Shown: positions 18,909 to 27,703, counted from the first letter of the stretch. The stretch: DNA of 33,891 nucleotides from Candidatus Nanoarchaeia archaeon (GCA_035548435.1 DASZSY010000001.1:1-33891), one strand, 5' to 3'. Notes: generated by a model not told the origin, from the letters alone. Made by a program: numbers and translations.

Positions 18909-19461
18909 TTACAGTCTTCTTTTTGTTTTCTACTCCCATATGTTTGTATATTCCAGTTGATGCTAATGATTTATGTCTTAGAAGTTCTTGGACTTTTCCT
19001 AGGTCTCCTGTCTTATCCCAAATAATAGTTCCATATGAATGTCTAAATGTGTGTGGATGAACATTCTTTTTTATTTCAGCTTTCTTCGCATAGTATTTGA
19101 CAATCTGCCACACTCTTTGTTTTGTTAAAGGAATAATATGTTCATCATCTTGTTTATAGTTACACCATTCTTCTAAGAACTTGAATAATGAAGTAGGAAT
19201 TGGTTGGTCTGCTTCCATTCTGGTTTTTGTTATCTCTGCTCTGATTCTGATTGTCTTGGCTTTGAAATTAATATCTTTCTTTTTTATGTTGATGGCTTCA
19301 TTAACTCTCATTCCAGTATAATAAAGAAACTTTAGAATCATCTCATCTCTTGGAGATTCTACGAGGCTAAACATTTTATTTACTTCTTCTTCAGTCAAGT
19401 GTTCTTGTAATTTTCTTTCTTTCACTTTTCCTTTCTTTCTAGTGTGCTGTTGTTCTTCCAT
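18892..19461 (-). CDS. Small Xer-like tyrosine recombinase (catalytic domain only)
   Basis: LYYTGMRVNEA, ITKTR, HPHTFRHSYGT, LLRHKSLASTGIY: full R-K-H-R-H-Y set in 189 aa. Confidence 0.92.
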   Translation of the reverse strand: MEEQQHTRKKGKVKERKLQEHLTEEEVNKMFSLVESPRDEMILKFLYYTGMRVNEAINIKKKDINFKAKTIRIRAEITKTRMEADQPIPTSLFKFLEEWCNYKQDDEHIIPLTKQRVWQIVKYYAKKAEIKKNVHPHTFRHSYGTIIWDKTGDLGKVQELLRHKSLASTGIYKHMGVENKKKTVNDVFN

Positions 19462-19533
19462 TTTAATATTGATTATAGTAACGATACAATGTATTTAAAT
19501 TTTGGTCGTTTTATCGACGATAAATTAAAATCT

Positions 19534-19561
19534 ATTTTAACCTTTATTTAAAAGTTAAAAT
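19534..19561. other. dif/res-like 11-6-11 site
   Basis: ATTTTAACCTT-TATTTA-AAAGTTAAAAT, arms 10/11 complementary, about 70 bp upstream of the Xer-like gene. Confidence 0.5.
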
Positions 19562-19664
19562 GCAGTTATGAATAACATTCCTTAGTGTTTTGTGGTAAAA
19601 TTACATTCTTTATAGATGTTATAATATAGATGAAGAATAAATACTAGTGTTTGGATAATTAATT

Positions 19665-19961
19665 ATGACTGGCAAGAAAGGAATGCACAATATTGGAAGA
19701 CCTACTCTTTCAGATGACGAAAGAACAATCTATCAGCATAAAGCTTTCTATTTTCCACAAAGAAATAGATTAATCTGGCTCGAATTCTACAATTTAGCTT
19801 TACGAAAGTTCAGAGGAAAGAGAACATCTTCAAATGTTATTTCAATAGCAATAAGAAGTTTCATCTACAACTTTGTCAAAGAGAACACAGACAACGCAAC
19901 AACAAGAGAAGCTGTTGAAAGAAAGATTGCGAATGAGATAACTCCTTACATTAATAATTAA
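19665..19961 (+). CDS. Hypothetical protein, possibly RHH-like DNA binding
   Basis: GRPTLS, AFYFP strand, SNVISIAIRSFIYNFV helix. Confidence 0.5.
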   Translation: MTGKKGMHNIGRPTLSDDERTIYQHKAFYFPQRNRLIWLEFYNLALRKFRGKRTSSNVISIAIRSFIYNFVKENTDNATTREAVERKIANEITPYINN

Positions 19962-19966
19962 TTCTA

Positions 19967-20503
19967 ATGCAACAAGCACTTACACTTATCATATATAAGA
20001 AAACGCTAGTCCCAACAAAGCGACAGATAAAGCACCAATACAGAAGTGATTGGAAGCTTGTTGAGAAGCTAGATAATGCTTGGACTGAATCAAATTTAAA
20101 ATGCTTCGGACATGGAAAGATAGAGTGGGATTCTGAACTAATATATCTTATTCATCAAAGATATGGTGATGGAGAATATATGATATCAGCTTTCAGAAAG
20201 GGAAGAAGAGGATTATATTTATTTATGAAATTCATTTGTAATGCTTCAGGCTTCATGAGAAAGAAAAAGAAGCCTAAACTAAAGTTTGTTGGAATGAAGT
20301 TAAATGAAGAAACCAATGAGCTACAAGAACAATATGAAGAAGATGAAAGCAAATCAGGTTGTAATCCTTATCTTCGTTCTAACATTCCAACTTATGATGT
20401 TTGGAATGAGCATCTCACAATAAACGATGCAGAACAAAAGCACGAATCAAACTTAGTCGATATCAAAGAAAATAAAAATCCATCGGGCAATGACTTTTGG
20501 TAA
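19967..20503 (+). CDS. Hypothetical protein
   Basis: 178-aa ORF, 5 nt after the previous gene. Confidence 0.6.
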   Translation: MQQALTLIIYKKTLVPTKRQIKHQYRSDWKLVEKLDNAWTESNLKCFGHGKIEWDSELIYLIHQRYGDGEYMISAFRKGRRGLYLFMKFICNASGFMRKKKKPKLKFVGMKLNEETNELQEQYEEDESKSGCNPYLRSNIPTYDVWNEHLTINDAEQKHESNLVDIKENKNPSGNDFW

Positions 20504-20516
20504 TATATCTTAAGAC

Positions 20517-20804
20517 TTATTCAACAGAATATCCTTTGAAAGAAAAGAAATCTCTAGGAGAAGTAATAACACCTTTATGGAGTATGACTGGTTCCCAAAC
20601 TGATAGCTCTGCTGGGTCAAAGAATTCCATTTCTTGCTTAGATAGTATAGTGGGTCTTAAGAAAGTCTTTCTAACAAGTCCAAAGCAAATACATTCGACC
20701 TTTCGTTCTTGGCCATTGTCAAAGCCGAAAAGAGCATATATTTTGTTCTTTGTTCTAATGCTTTTTATCTTCATTACTTTGAAATAATAATTTTCGTCTA
20801 TCAT
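20517..20804 (-). CDS. Hypothetical protein
   Basis: ATG start; more protein-like than the antisense ORF 20497-20787. Confidence 0.4.
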   Translation of the reverse strand: MIDENYYFKVMKIKSIRTKNKIYALFGFDNGQERKVECICFGLVRKTFLRPTILSKQEMEFFDPAELSVWEPVILHKGVITSPRDFFSFKGYSVE

Positions 20805-20980
20805 ATAATATTATATCAGTGCAAGTATTTAATGGTTCTTTGATAGACTTAATGATATGGAAAACAATATCTCTTTAGATATAGAATAGGACAACCAAAC
20901 TAAAATAAAATTCCGTATCTAGTAAAAAAATAACACATATATGCATAAACGTCTAGTTTTCTATCACTATATTATAGTTA

Positions 20981-20998
20981 TGACTACTGAATAGACAA
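20981..20998 (+). repeat. 18-bp repeat copy 2 (putative operator)
   Basis: TGACTACTGAATAGACAA immediately before TTTAAATA (21001-21008) of the replication operon. Confidence 0.75.
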
Positions 20999-21029
20999 TA
21001 TTTAAATACTAGTATAGGTTTAGTATATC

Positions 21030-21296
21030 ATGGAACAAGATACTACCACCTCAACACCACAGCTGATTTCACCAACAATTGAACAGCCAAAAATCAAAGA
21101 TGTTAGATTTGTAATAAGAATGCCTAAGATATATACTGATGGCCTAGAAAATTTAAAGAGCAACGCAAGATTACAATCCATTCTTGGAGAAAAGATATCT
21201 AGGAATGCACTAATCAAAAGAGCAGTGCAAGAGTTAGTTACAAAGTATAGTCAGTCGAATCAAGTGAAAGGAGGCAATATTTCCACAAATCCTTAG
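21030..21296 (+). CDS. Ribbon-helix-helix (CopG/Arc-like) protein
   Basis: VRFVIRMPKIYTDGLENLK...ISRNALIKRAVQELVTKY. Confidence 0.65.
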   Translation: MEQDTTTSTPQLISPTIEQPKIKDVRFVIRMPKIYTDGLENLKSNARLQSILGEKISRNALIKRAVQELVTKYSQSNQVKGGNISTNP

Positions 21297-21338
21297 TTAT
21301 AATCATTTGATTTGAACTGATTTGAGAAACAAAATTCT

Positions 21339-21761
21339 ATGAGTGACTTATGGGAAGCTAAAAAGATGACACAAGAAGAAGTGTCAGCAATGAGAGAGAA
21401 AGCTAAGGCAGATTGGATAAGACTATTTGGAAAGAGAGACTGGAATAAGTATTGTAAAGAAACAAGTCAAAAATCTGTTAAAGATTATGATAAGAACGGG
21501 AAAGAAAGCGCTCAATGGGGCTTTGAACAAGAAATGACTCTAAAAACATATTTTGAAACAGATGACAGAGTATATATCCAAATAAAGAATCGTTGGCCTA
21601 ATAATCCTGACAAAGTAATGCATGTTAATGGAACCATCTCTGAATGGACCATGGAACAAGACTACATTATGTTCAAAGATGATAAAACCATTCAGCCTAT
21701 GAAGATAAGAAAAGCAGATATCGCCTTCATTAACTATTCTAGAAAGGAGGCTCCGAACTAA
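21339..21761 (+). CDS. Hypothetical protein
   Basis: 140-aa ORF; ends with an AGGAGG SD for the next gene. Confidence 0.6.
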   Translation: MSDLWEAKKMTQEEVSAMREKAKADWIRLFGKRDWNKYCKETSQKSVKDYDKNGKESAQWGFEQEMTLKTYFETDDRVYIQIKNRWPNNPDKVMHVNGTISEWTMEQDYIMFKDDKTIQPMKIRKADIAFINYSRKEAPN

Positions 21762-21763
21762 TT

Positions 21764-24301
21764 ATGGACCACAAGGACTACTTGAGCCGACATGTGGGAA
21801 AACGTTTCAAAAGAGGAGCTACAAAAGAAAACATTGGTTCTACTAAGTGGGAATTGGATTATCAAGATTCCAAATACTCTGAAGACATCAATCAGATTGA
21901 GATAGCTGATAATGAAATTGTTATAGAGTTTGATGAAACAGCCAAAGACGGAAGTGATAAGGTATCAACAATCGCAGAGAGAACAAATTGGATATATCAC
22001 ACAATGAATATGCTGGATACTTTCAACATAAAGTATTATGTATTTGACCACAAAGGAAAATGTCAGCATATTCATATCTTTTCTGAAAGAGACTTAACAC
22101 AGGGCGAAAAAGAAAGAGTGGCCAAATCTTTTGTAAAAGCTGAAGCCGAACCATTCCTTGACACAAGTCTGTTCACTAATGCTCATTTAATCAATGTTCC
22201 ATTTTCAAAACATTGGAGAACAGGAGAAATGAAGAAGTTATTACATGAATATGGAGAGCATCCAATTAGAGACAAAGATATTCCTCCAAAAATTACTTCT
22301 GATAGCGATATGACAACGATTTCTGTCTCTACTGGGCTTACAAAGAAAATAGTTTCAGCAATAAAAATCACAGATATTGCAAAAGAACATGGATTAAAAC
22401 AATCTACAACACAGAAGAATCAATTTCTGTGTCCTTTTCATAAGGATAAAAACCCATCATTAGACTTAAATGATGAAAAAGGATTTTTTCATTGCTTTGG
22501 ATGTCAAGCTAGTGGAAACATAATTGACCTTGTTTCAAGATTGGATAAGATAACACCAGAAGAAGCAAAAGAAAAGTTGATGGGTAAGGCTAAGTTGCTC
22601 GAAATAAGACCAAAAGTTCAATTACCTCAGAGCAAACTAATATCTGATTTCGCAAAAGAGATTCTACCTTTTTTGAGAGACGGAAACGAATTGTTTTACA
22701 ACACCCAAGTTAAATCAATAGTTCAGATAAGAAATAAAGAATTTCATATAGTTACTGCTGGTGAATTTATTACTATTGTCGAGAACTATATTACTCCTGT
22801 TATTCATGAAAAAAAGAAAGTGAAGGTTATGGAGAATGATGTTCTCGTAGAGAAAGACGCAATAATAGAGAAAAGAAAATCTATGACTCGTGAACTATCA
22901 AGCACTTTATTACAAAGTGATATCTTGATGAACGGATTAAGACCAATAAAGCAGATATTTACAATCCCTATTCCAATTTGGTTCAATGGAGAACTTACTT
23001 TTGTAAAGAAAGGATATGATGAAAGATTCTCTTCATGGCTTTCTGAAGATTCACCAGATATATCAAATCCAAATATGAGTTTGAAAGAAGCAAAAGAAAT
23101 AATCAATTATATCTATAAAGAATTTGCATTTAAAACACAACAAGATTTGATTAATGCTATTGCAGGATTACTTACACCATACACAAGAGGGCTTATGAGT
23201 AGCTTTTCTGTAAGAACTCCGTTTTGGTTTTATATGGGGAACAGAGAACGTGTTGGAAAAGACTATTGTGCAGATATCACTGGAATAGTCTATGAAGGGT
23301 ATGCAATTCAAGAGACGCCAATAAGCACGGGGGAAAGCAACAGCAATTCAGAGGAATTAAGAAAAAAAATTGTATCGGCGCTACTTTCAGGCAGAAAAAG
23401 ATTACACTTTGCAAATAATAAGGGATATCTCAATAATGCCGCTCTTGAAATGGTATTGACAGCTCCAAAAGTTTCAGATAGACTACTTGGAAAGAACGTT
23501 GAAGTTGCGTTAGATAACCTTATAGATTACTCTGCTTCTGGAAATGTTGGAATTGGATTCACTCCCGACTTAATGAATAGGAGTTTGTTTGTTAATCTCT
23601 TTTTAGACATTGAAAATGCAAATGCAAGAAATTTTGAAAATCCCAACTTACACGGATGGGTTTTAGAAAACAGAAACAAGGTATTGAGTGCATTATATGC
23701 CTTTATTAGGAATTGGATTGAAAAAGACAGACCGAATGGTAGCGTTCCTTTTGCGAGTTATCCAGAATGGGCAAAGATTGTTGGTGGAATCATGGAAACT
23801 GCTGAATACGAAAATCCATGTAAGGTTCATGAACAGGTTCTGGCAATTGGTGGAGATATCGAAACAGGAGATATGAAAGAATTATTTGAACGATGCTATA
23901 ATGAACATCCAAACATCTGGATTGACAAAAATGACATTAAGAATGTAATTATAAATGCCCAAATGAACGAAGGCAGTTCAATGTTTAGTAATATTGATTT
24001 CGCAAATAGAGCTGACCAAGTGAAATTTGGAAGCAAAATAGTAAGGTTTCAAGGAAGAATTTTGTCTGATATACGTTTAGATAGTGATGGAAACACAAGA
24101 ACAGCACGACAAAAATATAAATTTGAAAAAATAACAAACAAAAATGGTAATCTTGGTAATCTTGGTAATCTAAACCCTTGTGGACAATTAAATGATAAAC
24201 AAAACAATATAATATATAGTAATAGCCAAAAGATTGCCAAAGATTACCAGATTACCAATCCTCTTTCTTTGGAATCATTTAATGGAAACGGAGGATATTA
24301 G
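21764..24301 (+). CDS. Replication protein: AEP-like primase + CHC2 zinc finger + degenerate P-loop helicase-like domain
   Basis: IVIEFDE and DHKGKCQHIHIF (AEP-like motifs I/II); CPFHKDKNPSL...FHCFGCQASGNIIDLV (CHC2); GNRERVGKD and LHFANN (Walker A/B-like). Confidence 0.75.
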   Translation: MDHKDYLSRHVGKRFKRGATKENIGSTKWELDYQDSKYSEDINQIEIADNEIVIEFDETAKDGSDKVSTIAERTNWIYHTMNMLDTFNIKYYVFDHKGKCQHIHIFSERDLTQGEKERVAKSFVKAEAEPFLDTSLFTNAHLINVPFSKHWRTGEMKKLLHEYGEHPIRDKDIPPKITSDSDMTTISVSTGLTKKIVSAIKITDIAKEHGLKQSTTQKNQFLCPFHKDKNPSLDLNDEKGFFHCFGCQASGNIIDLVSRLDKITPEEAKEKLMGKAKLLEIRPKVQLPQSKLISDFAKEILPFLRDGNELFYNTQVKSIVQIRNKEFHIVTAGEFITIVENYITPVIHEKKKVKVMENDVLVEKDAIIEKRKSMTRELSSTLLQSDILMNGLRPIKQIFTIPIPIWFNGELTFVKKGYDERFSSWLSEDSPDISNPNMSLKEAKEIINYIYKEFAFKTQQDLINAIAGLLTPYTRGLMSSFSVRTPFWFYMGNRERVGKDYCADITGIVYEGYAIQETPISTGESNSNSEELRKKIVSALLSGRKRLHFANNKGYLNNAALEMVLTAPKVSDRLLGKNVEVALDNLIDYSASGNVGIGFTPDLMNRSLFVNLFLDIENANARNFENPNLHGWVLENRNKVLSALYAFIRNWIEKDRPNGSVPFASYPEWAKIVGGIMETAEYENPCKVHEQVLAIGGDIETGDMKELFERCYNEHPNIWIDKNDIKNVIINAQMNEGSSMFSNIDFANRADQVKFGSKIVRFQGRILSDIRLDSDGNTRTARQKYKFEKITNKNGNLGNLGNLNPCGQLNDKQNNIIYSNSQKIAKDYQITNPLSLESFNGNGGY
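24145..24257. repeat. Iteron-like origin: 3 direct TGGTAATCT, AT-rich spacer, 3 inverted copies
   Basis: TGGTAATCT x3 at 24145-24171; AGATTGCCA at 24231, AGATTACCA at 24241 and 24249. Confidence 0.75.
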
Positions 24302-24327
24302 TTTAATTTAATTAAACTATCTTAAAA

Positions 24328-24558
24328 ATGAAGAGATACGTTAGAAGATTTGAAGCATTGAGAGATTTTCTTAGAAACTATAATCCTAGAATTCCTCTAA
24401 CTAGACTTTGTCAAAGACTAAGAACGAATTATCCAGACCTTCAACTTTACTTGAAAATTGCTCGAGCTAAAGGCCTGATAGATGAAACCGGCGTGACTAC
24501 AAAGGGCCATGAATTCATAAGATGTGCAAATTTTGTTTATGAAGCTCTCACCCAGTAA
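24328..24558 (+). CDS. Small winged-helix protein
   Basis: PLTRLCQRLRTNYPDLQLYLKIARAKGLIDETGVTTKGHEF. Confidence 0.55.
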   Translation: MKRYVRRFEALRDFLRNYNPRIPLTRLCQRLRTNYPDLQLYLKIARAKGLIDETGVTTKGHEFIRCANFVYEALTQ

Positions 24559-24622
24559 AACTTGGTGACAGAAACTTTGATTTTTGGTCAAAATATATAA
24601 AGAAGAGTTTGGCTTATTTAAT

Positions 24623-25597
24623 ATGTCTATAACAAAACACAAACAGATTCTTCTTGTGTGTAACTATTGCGGACACAAGCAGTATGTTGAAAAAGAACCT
24701 AAGAAATGCCCTCGTTGTCATAACAAATATGGAAATGAACCAGTTTATAAAAAAGTAAAAAAGGAAGTTGGTAATTTTATTGGAAGAAATAAAAATTTCA
24801 TTATGTTCTTTCTTGGAATATTTTTGTTTATGTCAATTGCCTATGCAACCACTATAAGTGATACGACTTCAACTTTTAATGGTAACGTTAATTATGATAG
24901 CAATCTCACTTTAAGCTCAAGCACAATATCTTTAACAAATCCATATGCTACAAACGCTTTGTTCATTGACCAAAATGCAAATGGTGGAACATCTACATCT
25001 ACTGGTGGTGCTTTAAGATTGGACATGACTGGTAGCGATGGTGCTGGTCTTCTTATTTATTCAAATAATGGAGCTAGTGCTTCTGGTAGGTTGCTAAATA
25101 TTAGAGCTGATAATTCTTCTTTCAATCAAGCCGCATTTCATATAGATTATGACGGAACAGCTAACGCCGCAGAAGTTTCTTATGTAAACAACGATAGTTC
25201 AGGTCAAGCTCTAAATGTTGTTAGTTACAATGAATTAGATAGCCCACTTGGAGTAAACGGACAGACAACTGGAAAAGGAGTTGTAAAAATAGTTCATCTT
25301 CAACCATCAAGTTCTGATGCTAATGCCGCCGCAATTTCAATAGATTTGCAGGGAGCAACTACAGCTTCAAAAGGAATATTCATTGATACTACAACAGGAA
25401 ATACTACTGGGCACTTGCTGGATTTAAGAAACGGAGGTAGCCAAAGATTCGTTGTAACAAGTGAAGGTGTAATGCAGTTATTAGCGAATAGAACTGCTAT
25501 AACTTGCGGAACATCACAAGCTGGTTATATCTATTATGATGGAACTCTCTCAAAACACTACGGATGCAATGGCACAACATGGAATGCTCTATACTAA
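24623..25597 (+). CDS. Zn-ribbon + signal anchor + phage hyaluronate-lyase (HylP/Hyaluronidase_1)-like beta-helix protein
   Basis: STGGALRLDMTGSDGAGLLIYSN, FNQAAFHIDYDGTANA, GKGVVKIVH, DANAAAISID, KGIFIDTTTGNTTGHLLDLRN parallel the HylP1 sequence as I recall it; CNYC..CPRC and a hydrophobic segment at the N-terminus. Confidence 0.8.
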   Translation: MSITKHKQILLVCNYCGHKQYVEKEPKKCPRCHNKYGNEPVYKKVKKEVGNFIGRNKNFIMFFLGIFLFMSIAYATTISDTTSTFNGNVNYDSNLTLSSSTISLTNPYATNALFIDQNANGGTSTSTGGALRLDMTGSDGAGLLIYSNNGASASGRLLNIRADNSSFNQAAFHIDYDGTANAAEVSYVNNDSSGQALNVVSYNELDSPLGVNGQTTGKGVVKIVHLQPSSSDANAAAISIDLQGATTASKGIFIDTTTGNTTGHLLDLRNGGSQRFVVTSEGVMQLLANRTAITCGTSQAGYIYYDGTLSKHYGCNGTTWNALY

Positions 25598-26534
25598 AGA
25601 TAAAAAACGTAAGAGCATTTGGAAAATATTATTAATAATTATAGCACTTAGTATTTTCCTTTTTTTGATATCTAACGCATTTGCTCTGTCTATTGAAAAT
25701 CAAACAAGAACTTACTCATCTTTGACAAACTCAACTATTAGATTTGAACAGAATACTACTCTCGCTCAACTTGAAGTAACCAATAATAGAACGAATATAC
25801 ATAATCTAACCACAAATGGTTCTATCTTTAGTAACATTAACGCAAGTTATCCAGCATACATTAGCTTCTATGGCCTAAATTCGTCTTCTACTTATTATTC
25901 AAACAATACTAAGTGTGGATTTACATCTAAGACTGATAATAGTGGAAATATGAACTGCACAATTGGTGTTGGTCAATATGTTATCTTTTACAACTCAACA
26001 ACGCCACCAAATGCAACAATAATTTCACCAAACGGAATTGTCACAAATCAAAATATTAATATTCAATTACATACTGAAAGTTCAGCGTCTTATTGCATGA
26101 TTAATATCTCGCGAGGTTCAGTAATTGATTTCTCGAATGTCTTAGTTCCTAGTTGTGATAGTGTTAGTCTTACTTTGCCACAGGACGGCACTTACGCTAT
26201 TAATTTATTGGTCAATGATTCAGTCGGAGATGCTCAATATATAAGCCAAAACTTTACTTTGCAAATGTTAGTTATTCCATCAACTCAAAGTGGTGGTGGC
26301 TCATCATCAAGTTCGTCTACTAGTTCAACTTTACAAACTTTTATGGTGAATAGACAAAACGGATGGGAATTTATGACTGATAAGAATTTGAAATATTATC
26401 AAATAGATGGGTTGTCTAATAAGAAAGTTGAGAAAGAGCTGTTAATAACTCATCTTGATAATGAGACAAAGCAAATCACTCTTTCGTGTGATGGGTTTAT
26501 GTGTGAGAATGTCAATTTCAAACAAAAAAGTTGA
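25584..26534 (+). CDS. Secreted, heavily N-glycosylation-prone surface protein (N-terminal part of a probable frameshifted gene)
   Basis: Signal peptide ending NAFA; 16 N-x-S/T sequons counted; GGGSSSSS linker. Confidence 0.75.
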   Translation: MLYTKDKKRKSIWKILLIIIALSIFLFLISNAFALSIENQTRTYSSLTNSTIRFEQNTTLAQLEVTNNRTNIHNLTTNGSIFSNINASYPAYISFYGLNSSSTYYSNNTKCGFTSKTDNSGNMNCTIGVGQYVIFYNSTTPPNATIISPNGIVTNQNINIQLHTESSASYCMINISRGSVIDFSNVLVPSCDSVSLTLPQDGTYAINLLVNDSVGDAQYISQNFTLQMLVIPSTQSGGGSSSSSSTSSTLQTFMVNRQNGWEFMTDKNLKYYQIDGLSNKKVEKELLITHLDNETKQITLSCDGFMCENVNFKQKS

Positions 26535-26893
26535 CACTTAATTCAACTCAAAATAGTATTAGAACAGCATTTGAAATAAAATTAACAGGTATTTCTGAAG
26601 ATAGTCAAGAATTTACAATATATGCTACTGACCAATTTGGAATAAAAAAGCAAATTTTGGTTACTATTGAAGCTGATGGAATTATAAATAAAGGTGTTTC
26701 TTCAATTACGAAGCTTGTAAAATTCGGAGAGTTCTCTGGCTTAAAAATTCCTTATATTATCATCTTTTTCTTAGTATTTTTTGGGATTTTCAATTTAATG
26801 AATTATATTGCTCTAAGAAAGTATCAATATAAAGAAATTGTATCTGTGGTGATTGGAATAATTGCAGGATTTGGTGTTTTACTATATCTATAA
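26531..26893 (+). CDS. Membrane-anchor part (two C-terminal TM helices) of the probable frameshifted surface protein
   Basis: Only a TTG start overlapping the previous stop after an A6 run; continues the beta-rich pattern, then 2 TM segments. Confidence 0.6.
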   Translation: MTLNSTQNSIRTAFEIKLTGISEDSQEFTIYATDQFGIKKQILVTIEADGIINKGVSSITKLVKFGEFSGLKIPYIIIFFLVFFGIFNLMNYIALRKYQYKEIVSVVIGIIAGFGVLLYL

Positions 26894-26925
26894 GTTTCCA
26901 TCTTCTTTTGGCTCTATTTTTTTTG

Positions 26926-27165
26926 CTATGCTACGAATACCAAAGCAATTGTGGCTATTGCTAATATTATTGTTGAACCAGCAAGAATCCATGTAGCCTT
27001 TACAAGTGAATTTGTTTTTTTACTACTCTCGTATTGAAGATACCAAAGAAGCAAATCTTTCTCATTTTCATTGTAACTTCCAACGTGTCCCCAAGCTGGA
27101 CCTGACTTAATTGCTTCTCTGCCCTTGTTGAAATCTAACAACCACTTTTCAAATTCTTTATCCAT
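26926..27165 (-). CDS. Small protein with C-terminal TM helix
   Basis: LVKATWILAGSTIILAIATIALVFVA. Confidence 0.6.
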   Translation of the reverse strand: MDKEFEKWLLDFNKGREAIKSGPAWGHVGSYNENEKDLLLWYLQYESSKKTNSLVKATWILAGSTIILAIATIALVFVA

Positions 27166-27703
27166 GATGTTCTGTATGTTCAGGCTTTTGTTCTTTCTCC
27201 TTTTTTCCTCTGATTAAATTTATTATTAATAATATTATTTCGCCTTTAAAGAACAAGAAGCTCAAAATCTCAATTCCAAAAGCAATGTTGAGACCAATAG
27301 ATATCGTGTATCTGTTTGTTATCTTGTTGTAAATTTTGTTATAGTTATTGACTATCTGCTCAAACTTCTGGTCCAAAGAAGTTATTTGTATCTGTGTTAG
27401 ATTATAGTATCCTTTTATTTCTACAAAGTCTTGTTTCGTGATGTTTTCATTTACTAAGCGATTATAATTATTGTTACATTGAATAAGCATTGACGTAGTT
27501 TGATTCAAACTTGCATTTAGAGTGCTTATTGTTATGTCTTTTTGTGATATTGTATCCATATAGGGTCTACACTGAGTTTCAGAAAGCGTAGCAGCCATAA
27601 TTGAGAAAGCTCCAACCATTACAATGCAGATAACACCAAAACCTAGAACACCAAAAACAATCTTTACTGGGTCATCTTCCATTAATTTAGGGGGTGAAAC
27701 CAA
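27158..27703 (-). CDS. Two-TM membrane protein with coiled-coil ectodomain
   Basis: TM at both ends, heptad-like middle with several N-x-S/T sequons. Confidence 0.65.
   Translation of the reverse strand: MVSPPKLMEDDPVKIVFGVLGFGVICIVMVGAFSIMAATLSETQCRPYMDTISQKDITISTLNASLNQTTSMLIQCNNNYNRLVNENITKQDFVEIKGYYNLTQIQITSLDQKFEQIVNNYNKIYNKITNRYTISIGLNIAFGIEILSFLFFKGEIILLIINLIRGKKEKEQKPEHTEHHG

Noticed and set aside
20497-20787. Plus-strand 96-aa ORF
   Set aside because: It is antisense to a more plausible ATG-initiated ORF and starts at GTG inside the previous gene.
24145-24171. GNL protein repeat as a functional peptide motif
   Set aside because: Inverted DNA copies downstream show that the constraint is at DNA level.
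26524-26530. Canonical -1 ribosomal slippery heptamer A-AAA-AAG
   Set aside because: The heptamer is not in the reading frame of the upstream ORF, so standard tandem slippage does not apply.
24584-27703. Assignment to Pleolipoviridae
   Set aside because: No recognisable pleolipovirus core proteins or NTPase; only the general architecture is similar.
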